From Bacteroidota bacterium (lineage in GTDB: Bacteria > Bacteroidota > Ignavibacteria > Palsa-1295), in the NCBI GenBank assembly GCA_021324735.1, contig JAJPIO010000008.1, forward strand, positions 22,508 through 86,507: a stretch of DNA of 64,000 nt. Reading direction: 5' to 3'. Below, one piece after another: positions 29,850 to 37,947 of the stretch. Numbering within the stretch: position 1 is the stretch's first letter; each line of letters begins with the position of its first letter. The notes under the pieces were generated by a model. The model was not told the DNA's origin and did no database searches. It worked only from the letters and a program-made list of their open reading frames with translations. Both the position numbers and the translations under genes were made by a program.

Positions 29850-31352
29850 CTATTTTAAGCTTTCCAGAAACGCGGTGAGGTAGGTCATCTCTTCGTCGGA
29901 GACTTCGACCGGATCCATATTCCCATCACGCATTTTCTGGGTTGGATTGCGAAGGACCTTTATGAGTTCATTGTGGTCAAACTTGAGACTCACTCCGATA
30001 AGCTTTGGTCCATTTTCGGTGCCCTGGGCACTCTCTCCGTGGCAACCATCGCAGGAGTTATCGGCGAAGATCTTTTTACCTTTAGTCGCCTCGGGGCTAA
30101 GCGGCGCTGCCGTTAGCGCGGGCGAACCCATTACTTCCGGCTGGAACGCAGCGCTCATAAATTTCTCGGTCTCGCCGGCTTGCTTCGCTAACTGCTTGGC
30201 AACCGCCGGGTCGCTCTTATCCTGATCACCGCTCTGCCATCCCAGGAAGACCAAGCCTAAGAAAATGATAGCGAAAGAGAACGATGCTACCGGACGCTTC
30301 CACGGACGGCGCTCGCGGCGGCGATCCATAAACGGAAGCACTACCAGCAATGCGGCAATGATACCAGGAATGACAACGATACCAATAACGGCCGTCTCGC
30401 CTTGCCAGTACTTGAGCCATTGGAAGATCGGCAGATAATACCACTCCGGACGCGGAAGGAATTGCGTATCGGATGGATTCGCTTTCGGGCCGAGATCGAC
30501 CGGCGAAAAATAGGATAATAATCCGAGCGTCGCCATGATGATCGTCGCGAACACGAGATCCATAATGACCTGCCGTGGGAAGAATTGCTCCGTCTTCTGC
30601 TTTGGCTCGAACGAATCTTCACTGATGGGGCCTGCGGAGCCTGCTTTACGGAATAAGTAGATGTGCATTCCGACAAATGCGAAAATGCAAGCCGGAATGA
30701 GAAATACGTGCGCAACAAAGAAACGTGATAGCGTCAGTGTGCCCATCTCTGTGCCGCCACGCATGAGGCTCTTGATCCAATCGCCAATGAACGGCACTTC
30801 ACCGGCGATGTTCGTGCCTACGGCCGTTGCAAAATAGGCTTTCTGGTCCCACGGAAGTAAGTATCCCGTGAACGCCATGCCGATCACCATCGCAAACAGG
30901 ATGAGACCGGACATCCAGAGGATCTCGCGACGTCCTTTGTAGGAGCCGAAGAAGTACGTTTGTCCTAAGTGGACGAGCAGTGTTACGACCATCGCGCTCG
31001 AGCCATACGAGTGTAAGCTTCGAAGGAACGCGCCGGCCGTTACTTGCTTCGTGATGTATTCGATCGTCGTATGTGCATGGTCCGCACTGGCGACGTAATA
31101 CATGGCGAGAAATACACCGGTGATGATCTGCGATAATAATATATAGAGCAGGCCCGAGCCGAAAACATAGGCCCATCGGGCGCCACCTGGTATCGGCTCA
31201 TCGAGCGCTTCATGGGAAAGAGCACGAATACCCGTGCGCTTATCGAGCCATCCAATAAAGCCATTCACTTTTGCTCCGTTCATCGCTTTACGAGACTTGC
31301 CGTTCGTTTGCACTTGCGTTTCTACGAGTTCGGTGATAGTGTTTTGAGACAT
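29850..31352 (-). CDS. Cytochrome b (b6 plus subunit IV-like) fused to C-terminal cytochrome c; bc-complex subunit
   Basis: ITGVFLAMYY, RSLH...LVHL, TGYLLPWDQKAY, TLSRFFVAHV...MH, PEWY, C-terminal CDGCH. Confidence 0.93.
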   Translation of the reverse strand: MSQNTITELVETQVQTNGKSRKAMNGAKVNGFIGWLDKRTGIRALSHEALDEPIPGGARWAYVFGSGLLYILLSQIITGVFLAMYYVASADHAHTTIEYITKQVTAGAFLRSLHSYGSSAMVVTLLVHLGQTYFFGSYKGRREILWMSGLILFAMVIGMAFTGYLLPWDQKAYFATAVGTNIAGEVPFIGDWIKSLMRGGTEMGTLTLSRFFVAHVFLIPACIFAFVGMHIYLFRKAGSAGPISEDSFEPKQKTEQFFPRQVIMDLVFATIIMATLGLLSYFSPVDLGPKANPSDTQFLPRPEWYYLPIFQWLKYWQGETAVIGIVVIPGIIAALLVVLPFMDRRRERRPWKRPVASFSFAIIFLGLVFLGWQSGDQDKSDPAVAKQLAKQAGETEKFMSAAFQPEVMGSPALTAAPLSPEATKGKKIFADNSCDGCHGESAQGTENGPKLIGVSLKFDHNELIKVLRNPTQKMRDGNMDPVEVSDEEMTYLTAFLESLK

Positions 31353-31373
31353 GATCGTATTCCTCTCGTATGA

Positions 31374-31991
31374 TTATGCAAGAACTTCTTTTGATTTTAC
31401 CAGCGGACGGAACGACTGATATTTCACCTGCAGGCGCCCATCGGTCACGCGTGTTTCGAGCTCATCGAGGTTACGCGGTGGCGGACCCGAAAGCAATTTG
31501 CCATCAGCAGCAAATGCACCATTATGGCACGGACACTTGAATTGTTTACCGTCGTCATTCCACTTTACCGAGCAGCCAAGATGCGGGCAGGAGGAGGAAA
31601 GCACCGCTAAGCTATTATCTGCCTTCTTCACAACATAGACGGCCTTTTCGCTAACGACTTTGCGCCAACCATCAATATTAGTGATATTGATCGTCCTCTT
31701 TTGTGGAATGCCCGTTTCCATGAAGTCACTGGTGGGGCCGAGATCGGTCCACGAGGTTTCCGTTGCGGCGCGTGTAAGCGGATCGAGTGCGAAACGAACG
31801 AGCGGCACGGACAAAAACCCGCCAACGCCGACCGTCCCTAATCCTAACCAGGCAAGAAAAGCCCGCCGGCCAGTGACCGGGCGGCTTTCGTTATCATCAA
31901 CATGCGTGGTATGTCCTACTGAACTTCCACTGGTCTTTTGATCTTCTCGATCGTCCTTATGGTGTTGGGCCACCGTTCCTTTTTGCATCAT
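31374..31991 (-). CDS. Rieske [2Fe-2S] subunit of bc complex
   Basis: Tat-like GRRAFL plus TM helix, CPHLGC, CPCHNGAF, GPPPR.L. Confidence 0.93.
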   Translation of the reverse strand: MMQKGTVAQHHKDDREDQKTSGSSVGHTTHVDDNESRPVTGRRAFLAWLGLGTVGVGGFLSVPLVRFALDPLTRAATETSWTDLGPTSDFMETGIPQKRTINITNIDGWRKVVSEKAVYVVKKADNSLAVLSSSCPHLGCSVKWNDDGKQFKCPCHNGAFAADGKLLSGPPPRNLDELETRVTDGRLQVKYQSFRPLVKSKEVLA

Positions 31992-32110
31992 AGATTCACT
32001 ATACTGTATTATTATCCTTTCGGGTGATCCGCGGGGGACATCACCACGCATGTTGAGTGTCTATCTTAAATCGGAGTAAGCAGCTACTTCTTTATTAAAT
32101 AGGAAGCAGC

Positions 32111-32467
32111 TTATTTCTTTTTGAGCGACGAAAGCCAGCTCGTGAGGGTCTTGAGTTCATCCGAAGAGCCACCGAACTTTTTCATGTGCTTTTTGCCGTT
32201 CATTTCTTCTTCTTTATTGAGCCACTTCTGCATCCAGTCGGATGTGTGCTTTAGTCCGACGCCGGAAAGATCGGGAGGAAGTTTGCCACCGGCCGGGGCA
32301 GAACCTTGACGCTCAATTCCCTGCGATTCGATCGAATGGCATTTGGAGCATTTGTTGTCCAGGAAGATCGCTTTGCCATCTTTCGAAGCGACGGTTCCGA
32401 GCGATCCCGCGGAGGTCAGCGCAAACGCTGCCGCCGTTAGAATAACAGGTATGGAGAGTTTCTTCAT
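32111..32467 (-). CDS. Small periplasmic monoheme cytochrome c (paralog of 34679-35062)
   Basis: Signal peptide, CSKCH, PDLS.VG, KKHM, L..WL.SL. Confidence 0.9.
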   Translation of the reverse strand: MKKLSIPVILTAAAFALTSAGSLGTVASKDGKAIFLDNKCSKCHSIESQGIERQGSAPAGGKLPPDLSGVGLKHTSDWMQKWLNKEEEMNGKKHMKKFGGSSDELKTLTSWLSSLKKK

Positions 32468-32821
32468 TGTTTTGTTAATTGATACTTTGTGTACACTTGA
32501 AGGAGGACCGAGTCACTAATGAAGGCTATATCAGCGCATCCATCGAAAACGAACCCCTTTCCATGGTATTACCGGGGCCAACTTCCATTCCAACCCGCCC
32601 CCTATAATAATTTTTGCGAATCCACTTCAATCTGCGATATTTTTTCGACACAACCCAAATACATTGTAAAATTATTTTAAAGCGACATACTAAGTTTTTG
32701 AACGGTCTGAGGTGATTATCTCTCAAAGCGTAAAGTTTGTTTATAAAAACAGCGACGGCAGAATGGATCAAACGTCCAGACTGCCGCCAGCCCACTATTC
32801 TATTATCTACTTTCAAATAGT

Positions 32822-34219
32822 TTATTGGATCCAAATCATTCGGATCGTCACACTATTGTCGTTCTGATCCGGCTTCGTAGTGCCATCACTGAAGATTCCC
32901 TTCTTCGTGAATTTGTCCTTGTATTCACCGATAAGTTGAAAACCATCGCCGAATGCGTAATTCACAAATGCTGTGATGGCATTTTGCGCGGTGAGTCCGG
33001 TGGTGCTCGCATTACCGTTCTTGTCCTTGAAGACGAAGGTCGTGGATGGCTCGAAGTAATCGTACCGGGCGCCAAAGCCAAACTGATCGAACGGCATGTA
33101 CCGGCCTTCGAGGAAGTATCCGCTGCTATTGAAGTTGTCGCCGATCACATGGTTCTTCGTGTCCCAGGAAGCGTCGGTGCCAGACTGGTATCCGCCCAGA
33201 AGCAATGCTTTCTGGATCGGATAGCTCGCATAGATCGCATAGCGCAGGAAGTTGTTCGGATAAAACTTCATGTTGCCAAGCGAGTCGCGCTCGGCGGGCA
33301 TTTCGTTCTGACCGCGATAAAAGTAGCCCGAGATACCGCCGCCATCATCCGTCAGCAACTGTGTGACCGTGAATTGAAGGTCGAATGTGCCGCCGAACAT
33401 ATCGCTGAACTTGTTGCGATTCGGCTTGATAAGAAGGCCACCTTGCGCCGGCTGACCGATCCAGCCTCGGCCATCGTCGACCGAGTCCGCGTAAATACCG
33501 TTGAAGATCGTGCCGCGAAGGAACGTGTTCTTGTACGACCATCCGAGTTCCACACCAACTTGATCGAAGCCCCACGGCTGGAATTCCGTCGAGAAATCCG
33601 CGCTCGACGTATTATTGGCCGCATTGCTCGTCTTAGGTGGCGCGCCGCCTTGAAAGATCGGACGCGAGAGGCCAAGCGGACGATCGAACGCACCGTAGCC
33701 TTCGAACGGGTGGAATATACCGGCCTTTACGGACCAATAATTCTCTTCCTCACCCCAATTGTAGCGGACGAACGCGTTCTCGATTTCCCATACGTCTTCC
33801 GGAGAATTCGAGAGCTCCACCAAGCTCGAAATGTTTTTCGTGATCGATCCGGTCAGAGGATAGAGCGTTACCTCGAAGAATTGGATGTCGTTTTGGTTGA
33901 GCGTCGTCGCCGAAGCAGTGGGTGAAGAAGTGGTCTTCGTCTGGGCGATATGCTCCGCATTGACTTGAATGCGGCCGGCAAGATAATCACCGAGATTGAA
34001 CGGGATTTTCGAATCTTTCCCGATCTCTTCCGGAAGCCGGTAGCCCGCCGACCGAAATTTGAAGCCGAATTCGTTCAAACACGGAACGACTGTGTGGCAC
34101 GCAGAACAGCCGAGATTATATTTACGCGCGAAGTTCGGCATCGCCGAACTTGTGCTCGAAAATGTCGCTACCAGCATGGCTGCTGCCAAAAAGCTGATGG
34201 ACAGGCGTAGAGAACGCAT
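32822..34219 (-). CDS. cyc2: Cyc2-like outer-membrane cytochrome-porin fusion, copy B
   Basis: Signal peptide then AMPNFARKYNLGCSACHTVVPCLNEFGFKFRSAGY, followed by a porin-like region (GVELG, GYFLE, GARYDYF). Start taken at MRSLRL. Confidence 0.82.
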   Translation of the reverse strand: MRSLRLSISFLAAAMLVATFSSTSSAMPNFARKYNLGCSACHTVVPCLNEFGFKFRSAGYRLPEEIGKDSKIPFNLGDYLAGRIQVNAEHIAQTKTTSSPTASATTLNQNDIQFFEVTLYPLTGSITKNISSLVELSNSPEDVWEIENAFVRYNWGEEENYWSVKAGIFHPFEGYGAFDRPLGLSRPIFQGGAPPKTSNAANNTSSADFSTEFQPWGFDQVGVELGWSYKNTFLRGTIFNGIYADSVDDGRGWIGQPAQGGLLIKPNRNKFSDMFGGTFDLQFTVTQLLTDDGGGISGYFYRGQNEMPAERDSLGNMKFYPNNFLRYAIYASYPIQKALLLGGYQSGTDASWDTKNHVIGDNFNSSGYFLEGRYMPFDQFGFGARYDYFEPSTTFVFKDKNGNASTTGLTAQNAITAFVNYAFGDGFQLIGEYKDKFTKKGIFSDGTTKPDQNDNSVTIRMIWIQ

Positions 34220-34678
34220 ATGTTTTATCAAATTAAGTTTAATGGGGAGATGGTTTGCGGGGATACGCTTACCATGCTCGCGAACTTCTCTGAAGCGGCC
34301 AACAATCATTCCCCTATGCTATTTGGGCAAAATTGTTAAGGATTCGCATTACGATTTGTTAATACGGTAATAATTTTTACTCTCACTCGACCAATTATTT
34401 AATTTTTGTTTCAACAGTGGTGTGTAAGATTTTTATGGTCGACATTCAACCTATTGAGCTAGGAATTTGAGAGTAAAATGGGACATAAAAATCTTCCTGA
34501 ATCCGTACCGTAATCTTACGAGCGAGAAAACTAAAATCACCTTTGATATACGCTATTGGGCAATTACTTACGAAGGCACGCTATTAGCCTCTGGAGCGAC
34601 ACAAACGAGTCCGTATTGCGAAGATCTGATTTCATGCAGATCATTCGATTTTCCGTCAATCACTAAAAACTTAACGCC

Positions 34679-35062
34679 ATGAAACGTTATCTCTCCCTCG
34701 CATTGAACGTGCGAATGTATGCGACTCTCGCAGTCAGCGTAGCGGTATCGGTGGTATTACTTGGTGCCGTTCCAGTATCTAATCATACAGCTAAGGATGG
34801 CAAACTGATCTTCCTCGAAAACAAGTGCTCCAATTGCCACTCGATCGCTGCCGAAAATATCAAGGGAATGCGTCCGGAGGGCGGCGCAAAGCCGAGCGAT
34901 CTATCGAACGTCGGTACGAAGTTCAAAGCCGAGTGGTTCGAAAAGTGGCTGATGAAAGAAGAAACGCTCTATAACAAAAAGCACATGAAGCGCTTCACAG
35001 GAAGTTCGGAAGATCTTCACACCCTGGCGCTCTGGCTCGAATCGCTTAAGCAAAAGAAATAA
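34679..35062 (+). CDS. Small periplasmic monoheme cytochrome c (paralog of 32111-32467)
   Basis: Signal peptide, KDGKLIFLENKCSNCH, DLSNVG, KKHM, LALWLESL. Confidence 0.9.
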   Translation: MKRYLSLALNVRMYATLAVSVAVSVVLLGAVPVSNHTAKDGKLIFLENKCSNCHSIAAENIKGMRPEGGAKPSDLSNVGTKFKAEWFEKWLMKEETLYNKKHMKRFTGSSEDLHTLALWLESLKQKK

Positions 35063-35087
35063 CTGCTCTAAATCCGCTCTATCGTGT

Positions 35088-35109
35088 GGCAGGAGCGCGC
35101 GCTCCTGCC
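35088..35109. other. Perfect 22-bp palindrome / intercistronic hairpin
   Basis: ggcaggagcgcgcgctcctgcc. Confidence 0.6.
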
Positions 35110-35264
35110 GCCCTTCTTCGGAGTCCGTCCTCCGCCCGGTCTAACATCGACATGAGACGATCATAGCTTCGTCTCCTCACCACGCAAAATAAAGATGATA
35201 CTCGCTCCTATCATCTCTTAAACCGAATATCTGCTATACAGAATATCTTCTTTGCGGAAGTCTG

Positions 35265-36032
35265 ATGATAACTCCTTTAGATGCTCTCATCGCGATCATT
35301 GCAATTACCCTTGCGATCGATCTTTTCCTGGTCTTTCGACCGGCTGCCACTCACGGTTCCGGCGGGCGCCTGCTTGCATTTCTCGGTATCTTCCTCATGC
35401 CACTCCTTATCACTGGTATGGCTTTCGATACCCACATGGAGACATCGAAGCAAACGGAGTATTGCCTCTCTTGCCACACGATGCTAACGCACGGCCTAAG
35501 TTTGTATGTCGACGATAAAGAATATATCCCGGCTGTACACTTCCAGAACCATCGCGTGCCGAAAGAGAAAGCATGTTTTACATGCCATACGCAGTACACC
35601 CTCTATGGCGATTACGCTGCGAAAATGCGTGGATTGCGACACATTTATTATCAGTACATCGGTACGATACCCGACACGATAAAGCTGCACGAGCCGTACA
35701 ATAATCGCGAGTGCCTGCACTGCCATGAAGGTGCGCGAAGCTTTGAGGAACAATCCATTCACACCGGTTCGCCGGGGCAGATGGATTCGATCAAGCGCAA
35801 TGAGATCTCCTGCCTCTCGAGTGGATGTCATGATATCGCGCACGATGCAATGAAGCTCGATCGCGTCCAGCTATGGGAGCCGTACGATGCCCGCTACCGT
35901 CCGGCGTGGTTTCTCGATACGCTCGCGCGAAGCCTCGCACACATTCAGCCAAGCCACATTGTACGAAGTCCGGCGGAAAACAGTACACCAGCGGCATCAC
36001 CAGACGCTACTTCCAATACTGAATCGAATTAA
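35265..36032 (+). CDS. NapC/NirT/CymA-family membrane-anchored tetraheme cytochrome c
   Basis: Two N-terminal TM helices; TS...YCLSCHTM, CFTCH, AK.RGLRH, CLHCH and an atypical CLSSGCH. Confidence 0.87.
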   Translation: MITPLDALIAIIAITLAIDLFLVFRPAATHGSGGRLLAFLGIFLMPLLITGMAFDTHMETSKQTEYCLSCHTMLTHGLSLYVDDKEYIPAVHFQNHRVPKEKACFTCHTQYTLYGDYAAKMRGLRHIYYQYIGTIPDTIKLHEPYNNRECLHCHEGARSFEEQSIHTGSPGQMDSIKRNEISCLSSGCHDIAHDAMKLDRVQLWEPYDARYRPAWFLDTLARSLAHIQPSHIVRSPAENSTPAASPDATSNTESN

Positions 36033-36044
36033 GGGAGAATACAA

Positions 36045-36362
36045 ATGAAACGTACCCTGAACAAACTGGAGCGGCGAATTCGCAAAGCGGCCGCAATGAT
36101 CGTAATAGGTTTAGCAGGCACGCTGGCTTCGCTTCTCATTTTTCATCCGCTTTCATTCATTGGGTTTATCATCGTGGGCATTGCGCTGATGCTCTTTGCG
36201 AATGTTTACTTCCTTTATGCTTTGATTCGCGGTCCAGGCAAGGAGCGGGCGATCGAACAGGCTGCGACACAGGAAGTAATTACAATGCAGCCCGAAGAAG
36301 GGGGTAAAACGGAGCCTGAAATAAAGCCAGAATTGACGCCCGAATACGTCCTGGCACCGTAA
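36045..36362 (+). CDS. Small two-TM membrane protein
   Basis: 12 bp after the NapC-like gene with a GGGAG RBS; two hydrophobic segments. Confidence 0.7.
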   Translation: MKRTLNKLERRIRKAAAMIVIGLAGTLASLLIFHPLSFIGFIIVGIALMLFANVYFLYALIRGPGKERAIEQAATQEVITMQPEEGGKTEPEIKPELTPEYVLAP

Positions 36363-36374
36363 CATTTCTACCAA

Positions 36375-36562
36375 GATTTATTGTGCAAGAGCCTCTCGTC
36401 GAGAGACTCTGTATCATCGCGTGTACCGATCATCTCTGATCGCCGGTCGTGGCAAGTTGCACACTCTCATTTTTTGTGGCAATCTCAACGAGTCTCGCGA
36501 TCGGAGATCGCGAGTACACCGTGCCGATTTATTGTACAAAGAGCCTCTCGTAGATAGGCTCT
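36375..36562 (+). repeat. Imperfect 36/37-nt direct repeat containing a hairpin; second copy acts as terminator
   Basis: gatttattgtgcaagagcctctcgtcgagagactct (36375-36410) versus gatttattgtacaaagagcctctcgtagataggctct (36526-36562, followed by a T-run). Confidence 0.65.
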
Positions 36563-36684
36563 TTTTTTACGCTAAGAAAGGGCGAGAATGTAAGAGATAT
36601 TGCCGTATTTGCATTAAATCATAAAGAATTCGGCTCCGACTTTGGAAAATTTTTACGCATCTGATAAGAAAGCTTACGTTCAAT

Positions 36685-36708
36685 ACAGTTAAGTAATTTT
36701 ACGGTCAC
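36685..36708. promoter_or_regulatory. Candidate operator GTWAA-N5-TTTAC upstream of the decaheme gene
   Basis: acagttaagtaattttacggtcac; a related site GATAA-N5-CTTAC lies at 36663-36677. Confidence 0.4.
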
Positions 36709-36912
36709 GCCCTTTATTGCTTCTTTTTCATAGTTCTTTACCGTGGCACCTACCTTGACTTGCGCTCTCCCTGCATATTGGACCGAATTAGCCAAACTTT
36801 CGCACTGACGGAATAGAATCGGAATCGAGGCCCCTCCTTCCGATCGCAAAAAGTACTTGACTCGCTCGTCCTTTGGCAAAAGTGTATTCACTTATCTCAT
36901 GTGCATTATAGC

Positions 36913-37935
36913 ATGAAGAAACTACTCTATTATCTCCTATCCGCGGCCGGAGTAGTGTTCCTCTTCGCAGCCTTCGATGGCAGCCCGAAGCAGGCAGCAC
37001 CGCCCACGCCCATTATACAATCGCATACCCAGCACTCGGCTGGCGCTTGCGCGCTCCAGGGCGGCGCAACGACCAAGAGTTCTGAGGAATGTTCCTTTGC
37101 GACGAAGAGCACACCTATCGTTAGGGTAACCAGTGCCGGTCCCAGCGCCTGCGCCGAGTGCCATGAAGATGAGGTCAACGCTTTTTATCGCACGACTCAC
37201 TCGAAATCGTGGCAGAATGGCATGGCGTGCGAGCAGTGCCACGGCGACGTTTCGAAACACATCGCATCCGGCGGAGCGCAAGGTACGATCACGAACCCTG
37301 CGAACCTGACGCCACAAAAGCTCTCTGAGACGTGCTTGAAATGCCACGAACAGAAGAGTGAACAAAGTCACTGGAAGGTCAGCGAGCATGCGCGCGCTGG
37401 CGTAGCCTGCGTGACTTGCCACGATGTTCATCCCTCGAAAGAGCAAAAGACGGATATGAACGCAAAAGGCAAGAGCGCAATGATACGCGGCACACAGACC
37501 GAGCTCTGCCTCAAGTGTCATACGCAAACGGAAGCCGACTTCAACAAGCCGACACACCACCGCGTAATGGAAGGCACGATGCAGTGCACCGATTGCCACA
37601 ATCCACACGGCTCCGATAAGCAGCACCAGCTACGCGCCGATACAAAGACGCTCTGCGTGAAATGCCATCAGGATAAACGTGGACCGTTCATGTACGAACA
37701 CAATGCAATGTCGACCGATGGTTGCCTTGCTTGCCACGAACAGCACGGCTCCTCTGCACGCAACATGCTGAAAGTACACGACGTCCGCGAACTGTGCGAG
37801 AGCTGTCATAGCGCCGAAATGGGCGTAGGACCGCCACACGGCCGCGGTAATCTCAGTACCACGTCTGGTGGCGATTGCACACGCTGTCACGTTGCTGTTC
37901 ACGGCTCCAACCGCGATAAGTACTTTATTGAATAG
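36913..37935 (+). CDS. Periplasmic decaheme cytochrome c, DmsE/MtrA/MtoA/PioA family
   Basis: Ten CxxCH motifs (CAECH, CEQCH, CLKCH, CVTCH, CLKCH, CTDCH, CVKCH, CLACH, CESCH, CTRCH), NPHGS, KRGPF.YEH, C-terminal VHGSN. Confidence 0.95.
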   Translation: MKKLLYYLLSAAGVVFLFAAFDGSPKQAAPPTPIIQSHTQHSAGACALQGGATTKSSEECSFATKSTPIVRVTSAGPSACAECHEDEVNAFYRTTHSKSWQNGMACEQCHGDVSKHIASGGAQGTITNPANLTPQKLSETCLKCHEQKSEQSHWKVSEHARAGVACVTCHDVHPSKEQKTDMNAKGKSAMIRGTQTELCLKCHTQTEADFNKPTHHRVMEGTMQCTDCHNPHGSDKQHQLRADTKTLCVKCHQDKRGPFMYEHNAMSTDGCLACHEQHGSSARNMLKVHDVRELCESCHSAEMGVGPPHGRGNLSTTSGGDCTRCHVAVHGSNRDKYFIE

Positions 37936-37947
37936 GAGGACTCACCC

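Noticed and set aside
32825-33925. 366-aa plus-strand ORF opposite cyc2 copy B
   Set aside because: Codon-aligned antisense shadow of a strongly biased gene; no motifs or RBS.
36375-36562. Possible CRISPR mini-array (36-37-nt hairpin repeats)
   Set aside because: Only two clear units, a 115-nt spacer and no cas genes in the window.
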